DNA of 64,000 nucleotides from Hamiltosporidium tvaerminnensis FI-OER-3-3 (Eukaryota; Fungi; Microsporidia). The stretch lies in NCBI GenBank assembly GCA_022605425.2, contig JAKIMF020000011.1:682001-746000 (forward strand). Direction: 5' to 3'. Below, piece by piece: positions 1-9,974 of the stretch (position 1 is its first letter; each line of letters begins with the position of its first letter). A program made the translations under genes and the position numbers. The notes under the pieces are model-generated. The model saw nothing but the letters and a program-made list of their open reading frames with translations. It was not told the DNA's origin and ran no database searches.

Positions 1-1095
1 CACTAAGAAAAGTTTAGAAGAAGCTCAACTTGCAAAACTATATAACGAAATAGAAAAACGAAAACTACATTCAAAGTTATATAATGCAAGGAAAAATGAG
101 CTTGTGAGTGTTAGTGACTCTTCAAGATGGCTAAAGAGAGGAAATATTAGGCCACGAAATGAAGCTGTGTTCTGCTATATCCAGGATAGAAATGTATTCT
201 GGGGAGCAGATGGTGTGTGTCAACATTGCGGGAAGTCTGGTAAGACTGTAGATCATCTAGCAACCAGATGTAAAAAAATGCTGGGCCATGACTATACCAG
301 ACGGCATAATGAAGTGGTTAGATGCCTACACTTACTTCTCTTAAATAGATATAAGTTTAAGTCCTCAAAACGAATTAGGAGTCACTCAGTTCAAGAAATT
401 CTTGATAATGAGTATGCAGAGATAAGAGTGAACACTAGAATTAAAACTGATGTTAAAATTCGGAATAACAGACCGGACATATTTATTTTAGATAAGAAGA
501 AGAATAAGATAACACTCATTGAAGTAGAAATCACTTCCCAAGATTCACTTCAAATAGTTGAAACTTAAAAACTTAGGAAATATGACCTGCTAGCCAATGA
601 GTTTGGTCTTATTTATAAGTTTAGTGTTGAGATAATCCCTTATGTGAGATTACCTGGGACGGTATTGTGACAAAATACCATAAATCTCAACGACAAAGAT
701 GAGAAATACCCATGAATGTAGAGGCATACATTCAGTCTATAGTACTTAAGAAGACAGTCGAAACAATTTCCTTTGACCGACGAAGAGGACTTGAGTCAGG
801 ACTAAATGCCGAAGAGAGCTAGGAAAGAGCGTCAATGGGTGTTATTATTAGAACAGAGAGACATGAGGAACCAACATCTCCTTTAAAAGAAGGGAGAGAG
901 AGAAAGATGGTGCAAAAAATTTTAAACCAAAAAATAAAGTACCTCTTTTTCACAAGAAGTAACCACTTTAGAGGAGCCGACCAATAACATAACTGAAGAG
1001 TCTGATTTGGAAGAAGAGACAATAGTGGTTAAAGAGGTAGAAGAAAACATATAAAAATGGTAAAAATCTTTTAACCCATAATTTTATTAAATAAA
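1..1095 (+). mobile_element. 3' part of RLE-type non-LTR retrotransposon, disrupted (runs off the window's left edge)
   Basis: ORF 104-568 has CCHC knuckle CQHC-x8-H-x4-C, RHN and RPD..IEV endonuclease motifs. Premature TAA at 566-568 and a frameshift near 648. Ends ATTTTATTAAATAAA like the copy at 50282-54087. Confidence 0.95.
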
Positions 1096-1406
1096 ATATA
1101 TTTTTGTCATTTACAAGTTAGAGAATATTATGTTAATCGGTTTTTTATGTTTTATTTCTCTTTTTTTATTTGAATTTATGTTCATAACCTATTATTCTTT
1201 AAATTGCAGTTTTACTTAAACCATCTTATAAAAATGCTTCAAAGTTACTTTGAGTTTTTTTAGGAATTAAAAAAAAGTTAGAATTATTTTTTTAAAAAAA
1301 TTTAATCATAAAAAATGTGTTAATTTTTTTTTGCTAAATTTAGTGTATTGGTCGATGAAAAACCCTTGTTATTTTTATTTAAATATTTTAATTGGAATTA
1401 TAACCG

Positions 1407-2435
1407 ATGTCCCTTTTAGAAAATACATTTAACTATTTTCATTCTGACTGTGTTTCTTGTATTTCTATAAATTCAAAAAATTTGTATGTTTGTACAAAGA
1501 AAAAATTAAACGTATGGAACAAAACCGAAAAAACATTTAAGACATTTATTATTCCAGAGGAGTTTATAAAGTCTGTATCTAACAATCTTCACACTTTTTT
1601 TCTATCTAAAAATTGTTTTTATTGTTTAGAAAACGATTTTCTTATAAAAATATGTGATACACACACATTCCCATGCTTTTGGTTAAATAAAAATCATTTG
1701 GTACTTGCAGACCAAGAAAATCTCACCATATATACTTTTCACCAATTTATGGAAGAAGAAAAAAATTCGGTAAAAAATGCTATACAGAAAAATAGTTTTA
1801 ATATCGAAAACCATCAAATTTTAAATCAAGACCTATCAGAGAATTACACGGATATAAAATTTATAAAAAATGACATAAATTATGTGAATTTGAAGAGCGA
1901 TTTGTATCTCAAAAATAAAAGAATATTCAATATATTTAACTCCAAATATGGAATTGTATCTTGTATTGTGGAATATGAAAACAGACTATATATTTCATTT
2001 GAAGATGGATCGATATTTGAAATTATAGAAACATGCAATTCGCCATATAAAAAACTGATTTATCGACACACAGAAACAATAATTTCATTCCTTTTTTACA
2101 CTAAAAATACTAAAAAAATTATGATTGCTAATACACTTGAAAATTTAATAAAAATTGAACCAAAAATTATACCGGAAAATGAAGAAAAAATGGATGACAA
2201 TGAATATTTAGTAACTTCATTTAATCTTAATTTCAATATAAAGAAAATAATTAAAATATTGGATTATATTTTAGTTTACTCCGATCAAGAATGTGGATTT
2301 ATATTTAATTTAGATTTTGGTCTAAAAGAAAAAATATTTTGTGGAAATGTAAAAAATACAAAAATATTTGAAAATAAACTTTTTATTTCAAATGAAGATG
2401 GTTGTGTGATGGAATACAAATTTAAAGATATTTAA
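1407..2435 (+). CDS. hypothetical protein, divergent WD40/beta-propeller-like
   Basis: 342-aa ORF with WD40-like segments (HSDCVSCISINSKNLYV...LNVWN; GIVSCIVEYENRLYISFEDGSIF; NKLFISNEDGCVMEY). Confidence 0.6.
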   Translation: MSLLENTFNYFHSDCVSCISINSKNLYVCTKKKLNVWNKTEKTFKTFIIPEEFIKSVSNNLHTFFLSKNCFYCLENDFLIKICDTHTFPCFWLNKNHLVLADQENLTIYTFHQFMEEEKNSVKNAIQKNSFNIENHQILNQDLSENYTDIKFIKNDINYVNLKSDLYLKNKRIFNIFNSKYGIVSCIVEYENRLYISFEDGSIFEIIETCNSPYKKLIYRHTETIISFLFYTKNTKKIMIANTLENLIKIEPKIIPENEEKMDDNEYLVTSFNLNFNIKKIIKILDYILVYSDQECGFIFNLDFGLKEKIFCGNVKNTKIFENKLFISNEDGCVMEYKFKDI

Positions 2436-3339
2436 TTAGTCGATTTAACGTTTAATTTATATTGTCTTTTTATCTATTTTATCTGTTTCTAATATTAAAT
2501 TGATGTAAAAGCAAAAATAAGCTATTATTTTGATGATCTGATCTGTTTAAATCGCGAAGAATTTTTTTGTTCGATATTTTTTTGTAATAATTTAGAATGT
2601 ATGTAATAAACTTAATTTTATGACGAAGTGTTGAAAATTTTTATATATTTGTACAAACCTTTTTGCAGGTTTCTGTGAAATATAATATTTGATCATTTTT
2701 TATTTATTTTAAATTTTCAGAACAAATCCTCTTTAATTTTAATGTAACCAATTATATATATTTTCATTTTGAATGAAATTATACAGACAATTAGTCCTTA
2801 AAACCAATCCTGGCAAATTAATAAGTTGTATATTCAACTAAAAATTATTCCTTTTTTAGTTTTTGCCTTAAATAATGATTAGAAATTATTTATAATTCAA
2901 TAGACTTTTGATTGTATATTTTTTAACCGGTAATTTGAATTTAGATAATATATTTCGAACTCCATATATGGAACCAAAAAACTATTTTTTAAACACCTTT
3001 AGCCATTAACATTTTTTTTTGTACTTGAAATTCTTTATTCCTCGAAACAACTTCAGATAGAGGATTTCACTATTCTTATTATTTATAAAGTTTTTGAAGG
3101 GAAATTTGACAAGCATTAAATCAAATAAAGACTATTTTAACTGAGCTAAAAATTAAATTGATAAAAAAAATATATATTCGATAGATATAATGCACCTCTG
3201 GTTATCTTTGCAGGGAAGAAATTTTTTTAAAAAAACAATAAACTAAGAGTTCATACTGACAAACTGTTTGATAAGGAAATCAAATTTTTTGCAAAGAAGC
3301 AATCGCTGAAGACAATTTTGAAAAACAACATGCTATATT

Positions 3340-3970
3340 TGATGCACCTCACATACCTGATCACAAAAGAATGAAAGCAATTTATGTAAACCCCAAAACT
3401 CGCCTTATCGAGTTTAAATGAGAACAACACACAATTATGTCTCAAATTGTTTAAACCGCAAAAGATACCAAATCCTAGTCATAAATTACATATAATACCG
3501 GTCATTTGACGACATTCTTGACATATCGTAAAAAAAAGATAGTGATAATCTAGAAATAATTCTAATAAATATAAACGATAGGAATGTATAGCACATGTTT
3601 TTGATTTTTATTTAAAATTTATTTTTACCTTGTTTCTAAAAATATAATAGCTTAAAACTTTCTATCTACTCTAAAGCAAATGGTTATACATGAAAATCTC
3701 ACGATTATTTTACAACCGCGATAACGACCGAGGACTCAATAATTTATTTTTCCCAAAACTTCGATGCTTGCATAACAATGATTTGTAAGATAATAGCCAA
3801 TACATCCCCCAAACAAATGCCGGATCAAAGGACTCAATAAGAAAATTTTGAGGTAAATCTTGAAAACCTTAGCGGGCATGGAAAATAGAAAATTAGATGA
3901 AATTCGTTATAAAGTTGTATTTTTAAATAATACATCATGATGCAGGCCAATAGATGTAACCAATACAGGA
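3340..3970 (+). pseudogene. degenerate DDE integrase relic (Ty3/gypsy or Ginger-like)
   Basis: Broken frames read IPDHKRMKAIY / C-L-x-C (H2C2 zinc region), ILQxDNDRGLNN (~ILQSDNGREFNN), YIPQTN..IKGLNKKI (~YxPQTNGxxERLNKTI) and DEIRYKVVFLNNTS*CRPIDVT, in integrase order. Confidence 0.6.
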
Positions 3971-4972
3971 TTTAAAGTCCAAACAAGTATAAAAACATTG
4001 CCTTCGTTAGTTAATTCCACAAAAAATGAAGAAGCATTTAAGGTGGTACGAAACGAATTAGCCATAGAATACAATTTAGAATACCGAAGAAATAAATTGT
4101 ATACCAGTTGGGACAGAATGAAGCACCAAGCTACTGCTTTTATTTGCGAAAGAAGGTATATGGGGTATATGCGCTTATCCTTTGAATTGACAGATGCTGA
4201 CTTATATTACTACTTTATCGCATTTTGACACAGAGACGTAGACTTAAATGAAGATTTTTTCATACTAATCAATTGACACGGAGGAACAAAATTAATGCTT
4301 TTACGAATAAGAAAACCGAATTATTACAGAAAGGGTGGGTAATAGATGGTTTAGAGTTTGTAATGTAAAAAGTTAAAGAATATCAAAATTTATACGTAAA
4401 AACAAACAAATTAATATACAGCTCAAATACTGTTTTTTTCCATATTTTTTACACTTTTTATTGTTATTTTTTCTCGATTTTATTTCTTTTTTTTAGTTCT
4501 TCATCTTATATTTTTTTGTTTTATTGGTATTTTTATATATATTCCTAAATGAGAAAGCGGCTCCCTATATGCGTAAATAACACATATAGATACGAGATAT
4601 ACTATTAAAACAATATAAAAATTTCTAAATATTCCAATAATAACTTTAATATAAATATTTCAAATAAATTTTATTCGGAAAAATAATATACATTACCGAA
4701 TCCTAGCACAATATACAAGATATCCAAAGTTTAACAGCCAAAGATAAATGCATACCTTGAATATAACATTGAAATACATTTTCTCTTGGTTTATGGTTTT
4801 TTTATTGTGCTAGTTTTTTAATTACCCTATTGGTTGAGTTTTTCCTTTTTGTATTATTAAGTATTAATATGATTTCAAAATTATTTTTTCTAGTAGTTTA
4901 TTTTCAAAGATATATTTACTAGAGTTTTGTATCTTTTTTTCTTAATAATAATTTTTTATATGCTTAAGAAGG

Positions 4973-5703
4973 GGTGGAGGGAGGATAACCACATAAAAAA
5001 CTTTCTGCTTGGCAATGAATGTGTGAAACAGGTGTGAGATCATTGTTTGGATTTTTGGTGGGAATAAAACCACACTACATCTTCGGTTGTTCCATGGGAG
5101 TTGTTATGACGAGGAGAGGTCTAAGAAATGGAGAAACTTTTTCTACAAATTTATTTGTAGTTTTTTATGTAACCAGATTGCAGACCGCAGCTGAACATGT
5201 AGGTAATTGCCATGTAAAATCATGGAAACCTAGCCTTGCTCACTCGGGTTAGAAGACTTAGCGCCTGGGAGATATAAAACAAAAACCCATTAAAAGCCGG
5301 GAGAGCTAAGTAGCAGGTTATACCTGTTGGTATGACATTGCACTGTCTAGGTGGACCCCATGTAAATCTCTGAAATATATCTTAGCTAGAAGTTTATTGG
5401 GTTCAGAAAGTGTAGAGTAAGTGGGAATGCTGCATAGTCTTGGGGGAGCCCAGGGGGGGCTTCGGCCTTCGATCACACTCCATGCAACGGACATTAACGA
5501 ACTCCGGGCAACTGCCTCGCCCATTAATTAGGTTCTACACACCTGGTAGATGAAAGGCTTTGGGACGTAGATATCGCAGGGGTTACCGATGGAGTGTTGG
5601 GGTAGCAGTCATTTATGTTAAACCTAGAACTGCGTTAATGTCATAAAAACAAATATAACACTTGCCACTGTTTTGAAAAAGATGTGATATTTTTAAATAA
5701 ATA
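4973..5703 (+). mobile_element. ~730-nt non-coding SINE-like element, copy A
   Basis: Starts GTGGAGGGAGGATAACCAC (4974) and ends TTTTAAATAAA. Flanked by 13-bp direct repeat ATGCTTAAGAAGG (4960-4972, 5704-5716). Near-identical to copies at 27313-28031, 30965-31698 and 32151-32878. Confidence 0.93.
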
Positions 5704-6199
5704 ATGCTTAAGAAGGCTTTATTTTCTTTTTTAAAGTAAATAATAGAAATATAAAATATATCTAAATTAAATCAAATTTGTAAAATAGTTTTACTTTATA
5801 TTTTATGAGTTTAATAGATTAATTTGAAACCATTTAAGTTAAATAATGATTTGATTATTGAATTTAGTAGCTATTCAAGAAAATTTTAGTTTTTCTATTT
5901 TTTTACATATTAGATATAAAATATAAATTCTTATTTTATTCTACAGGGGCTGATTTTATATAGAAACTTTGCCGTATAATTCACTCATTATACCGTATAT
6001 TTCAAATATAAACTAATCCTAGGTGATTTATTTTGTTTAAATTAAAATCAGAAATAAAATTTGATGTGTTTTTTTATTGAAAAGATATTTATTTGGTAAA
6101 TTTTGAAACGAATATACTTTGAGTATAAAGCAAAATTAAAAGGAATTAGAGATGCAACGTATACTCTATAATCTTTTATTCTTTAAATCGAAGCAAAAA

Positions 6200-7930
6200 T
6201 TGAATTATTATGTTTTGAATAAAAAATCAACTATGTTCGATCTTAGGAATATCTTTTGTCCTCTGTTGTTTGTTTTATAAATAGATATTTTTAGGGCTAA
6301 CTCAATGAGGAATATACAAGATGGTAAAGCATGCGGATACTGATTTAAATGCAATCAATCATCTCTTGTTCATAAATTAAGGTAATATACTTGGTATCAG
6401 CGGGTATAAACTAGCTATAACCACAAATACAATAATTTCCATGCCGAAAACAGATTAGAGATTAGCAAGAATAAACCAGTAACAAATATATATCACGAAG
6501 ACACTGCAACCGATTAGTAAAGCTTGATTTTTACAGATATTTAAATGATCGAAGGTTGCAAAGGAGGAGTCCTATAACTGATTGATTTTTGGGGTAAAAA
6601 ATAGAAGTTTAAATCAAGAACTGAAAGGTTCTTCGAAAAAAAAATTATTGGCGATGCATTTCCCGCAGATTTTAATCATCAGATATTCTTAATGAGAGAT
6701 CCAGTGAAACTAGTTTGTCTTGAGTCGGCTATTTCTTAATTCTGATGATCATAAGAATTTTTAAAGATAGATTTTATAAATCTCAGACCAAGATATACAA
6801 AATATTTCTACCTTTCTAGATAATAATTTTTAAGAAAGCTTTAAAGTGTAAGGTGGATATAAAACATATGTTTTTGTAATCTTAGGATTTTCTAGAGAGA
6901 AATGAAGAAATATCTAGGAGAAGTCCCAAGACATAAAGCACAAAAATATTAATAAAAAAATCCTACGCCAATATAGAACTTCTTTTGTTCAAGACAGAAA
7001 TTAGACGAAGAACTAACTAAGAATAGATAAGAAGACAAAACCTAGAAAATTCATAGGAAATTTAAAAAATAAACGAACTTAACAAAGCTGTATAATGCTT
7101 GAAAAAAAAGCAACCTGTGTGAACATTAAATTCATAATTTTCGAGAAAGGAAGTTTAAGAGAAATTGAAAGCAGAGTTTTCTATGTTAAAAATATAAATG
7201 TATTTTGGGAAGCAGAAGAAAAGTACCAAAACGGTAAACAATTTTGTAACATTCTAGAGAAATCAGCGAATCGTCGTGATAATAATATACATCTACAGGA
7301 ATATACGATACAGCAGAATGAAAAAATAAATAACCAGCTTTACTTTTTCTAAATTTCTATAAATTTACGTCTATAAAATACATTGGGAGTAATTATGTTA
7401 CAAAATTCTTAAAAAAAAGTACACAAAAAATGTTACCAAGCTAAAATCTGAATCAAAAATCCAGAATAGTAAATTAAATTATTTTATTGTAGGTAAGATT
7501 AAAAATAACAGCAAATCATGGGCTTAGTAATCAGTTTAAAAATGAACTTCAAATATTTTAAAACGATCATCTAAGCAAGTGTTATTTACTGGCAAATAAA
7601 TCCGGGCGTATTTATAGGTAAATATTAAGATAATGCCGCATCTGATATCCTATGCTGATATTTTGGCAAAAGACCATGGCATTAATATTAAAAAGATTCG
7701 ATATTCGGGAATATAGAGGGATATATAATTAAAGTGCTCAGTAGAAATTATAATTCATTATCGTGGTATAAAAAAACTGCGAAGCATGTTTTAAAACCAA
7801 AGAAATCTATGATGAACATAAATGAGTGTTTTAAGAGGATTAAAATATATCAAGAATAAATTCAGATTGATAGTAAAGAAGTAAAACAGAAAGAAAATGT
7901 AAAATATTTGAATGATTTTTTTTTTTATCT
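6200..7930 (+). mobile_element. highly decayed RLE non-LTR retrotransposon relic
   Basis: Residual similarity to the LINE: aagctgtataatgc (~7084), ataaatgtattttgggaagcag (~7194), LLANKSGRIY (~7586; cf. LLANELGLIY) and a 3'-end-like tract near 7870-7920. Boundaries approximate. Confidence 0.65.
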
Positions 7931-8306
7931 TTATTTCGATGATAACAACTCTGAAAAACAGTCCATCAACATAAATAAATTGTCAGCTTAAGAATCAGAA
8001 AAAATATGATTTAAGCGGTGGTAAAAAACAAAGAACCATATAAAATGAGAGAAATTCTTTTCAGAAAAAAAGTAATTGAATTATTACAAAATACTCAAAT
8101 TATTTTTTTGAGATAAAAAATATTTTTTAAAAAAAGAAATTCATACAATAAAACTTGATTTAATTATTCTAAATACAGTATATAGATATTTACTTTTATT
8201 GTAAATTTTACAAAAATATTTTAAAAAATATATATAAATATCCGTTTCGCGCAAAGTGACTATTAATGTAATTTCTTCGTTTTTTTTTTAAAAAATCCAA
8301 AACCCT

Positions 8307-9974
8307 ATGTTTTTATCGAGACTTCATTCATTGCATTATTTTATTTTAAAGACCGCTTTGATTATAACATTTACATCTTCGAGTTCTTCAAGGAATAAAG
8401 CAGAAACTGGTTCAAAAATAATCAATGAAGAAGGAACTTCCGAGAATATTTTGATTACTAACGAACAGGAAAAAATATTGCCATTGCAGCATAATCATAC
8501 ATTGACAAAATCTCAAGATAATAGTTTAGGTCATAATTTGTTAAATTTTAACAGTAATAATTTACAAAATCCAGAGTCCGAAAAACAAAATTTTCAACAT
8601 CCCGCACATTCTATATGTGTACAACGATTCTTTGAATTGAGTTCATCTTATAATAGATTATATCGATATGAATTTAGAAGTGATTCGCCTTCACAAAATT
8701 TAGATCCTGGCTACTGTGTATATAACCCGTCTGTTTCGTCCTATTCTGATCAAGGAATTGAATACCAATCTAAGAACACATTGATTGGCAATAATGTATT
8801 ACACAATTTATCTTTCGATAAAAACTTGCTTATTCCACAACCGATGTCTATTGAGTCACAGCAAATTCGCATAGCGATAATCAGGATTTTAGAATATCCT
8901 TCCGCTGGTATATACCCAGATATTTTAATATTATTAACACAAACCTACTTCTTAGATGACATTCTTGACCCGGGATGTTTACATAAATATTTCCTAGTGC
9001 TTAGAAATCTGGTGGAAATAGAAAAGCAAATAATAAGCATAAATCCTCGAAAAGAACGAGAATTCGAACAAGTTTTGCATGCAAATATGGAAAATGTTGA
9101 TCTATCGGGTTCGAATACGTTTATTCTATTATATGCGCCGACGCTTATTTCATTAAAGAATTTCATTGAAAGAAAGTTAGAACTTTATACATCATATAGT
9201 AAAAACACTATTTCTATTTTCTTTGGTTTGAAATTGATTGAAAGCGTAATAATTAAAACACATAAAGCTATTTCTATGATTTTAGAACTTCACACATTAA
9301 ATAATTTTTCCAATGCTACTTCGTATATGAATATAATTTTGAAAAAAAATTCTAATATCATTTATGAAATAATTTTTCAGCTATTTTCCTCTGCATTTGG
9401 CTTCAATGAACATTTTAAGACTATATTTCAGTTAATTATAGATTTGCAAAAGAAAAAATGCGCTGATATTTTGAGTGCTAAAAAAATTATATTTGATGAA
9501 TTTGATTTATCATTTTTACCTGACATATTTTTTTTCTTAGAAGAATCTGAAATGAATGAAATTGTTGGATTATATTTAAAAAAAACCAACTTCCAAAGTT
9601 TAACGGGTATAACTGAAAATCATAGGCCTATTGATTCAATAAATTATGAAATTTTTTATTTAAAAAACAAAACAATTCTAAAAATCATTTGCTACTATTT
9701 CATGATTTTTGAAGATTTTGAAATTAGACTTTTCAAAGATTATTTTTTGTACTCTAAACTTAATAATCAATATTTGATTTTAAAAAGAAGATTTGAAGGG
9801 TTTAAACACAACCTATTTTTGGACGACATTAGAAATGGTAATAATCTACGGGTTCTTCTTTATGATACTTACTGTTTTTTTCATTATTGTATTGTGTATT
9901 GCTATAATAGAGATGTTCTACCTGAAGATTATCTAACCAAAATATCGAATATATATTTGATCAAACAAAATTAA
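8307..9974 (+). CDS. secreted-protein multigene family member (intact, 555 aa)
   Basis: Hydrophobic N-terminus and CCCT before ATG. C-terminal ~370 aa clearly paralogous to 54511-56163 (LKLIESVIIKTH, DLSFLPDIFF.LEESE, ENH.PID). Confidence 0.9.
   Translation: MFLSRLHSLHYFILKTALIITFTSSSSSRNKAETGSKIINEEGTSENILITNEQEKILPLQHNHTLTKSQDNSLGHNLLNFNSNNLQNPESEKQNFQHPAHSICVQRFFELSSSYNRLYRYEFRSDSPSQNLDPGYCVYNPSVSSYSDQGIEYQSKNTLIGNNVLHNLSFDKNLLIPQPMSIESQQIRIAIIRILEYPSAGIYPDILILLTQTYFLDDILDPGCLHKYFLVLRNLVEIEKQIISINPRKEREFEQVLHANMENVDLSGSNTFILLYAPTLISLKNFIERKLELYTSYSKNTISIFFGLKLIESVIIKTHKAISMILELHTLNNFSNATSYMNIILKKNSNIIYEIIFQLFSSAFGFNEHFKTIFQLIIDLQKKKCADILSAKKIIFDEFDLSFLPDIFFFLEESEMNEIVGLYLKKTNFQSLTGITENHRPIDSINYEIFYLKNKTILKIICYYFMIFEDFEIRLFKDYFLYSKLNNQYLILKRRFEGFKHNLFLDDIRNGNNLRVLLYDTYCFFHYCIVYCYNRDVLPEDYLTKISNIYLIKQN

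Noticed and set aside
4974-5100. tRNA-derived SINE head or Pol III promoter
   Set aside because: No convincing A/B boxes or cloverleaf, and internal T-runs would terminate Pol III.
5019-5252. Recurrent small ORF (..RLQTAAEHVGNCHVK.WKPSLAHSG), also at 31026-31250 and 32599-32808
   Set aside because: It lies inside the repeat element. Starts and N-terminal frames differ between copies, and it is broken in copies C and D. Recurrence reflects DNA repetition, not coding conservation.
5244-5470. Resemblance of UCGGGUUAGAAGACUUAG to lariat-capping (GIR1) or group I ribozyme sequence
   Set aside because: No consistent P3/P7 core could be built across copies.
5496-5640. RNase P/MRP-like words (GAACUCCGGGC, UGAAA, AGAACUGCGUUAA) in the element
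   Set aside because: The P4 pairing has a mismatch and conflicts with better-supported helices. No P1/P3 architecture found. Left for cmscan rather than called.
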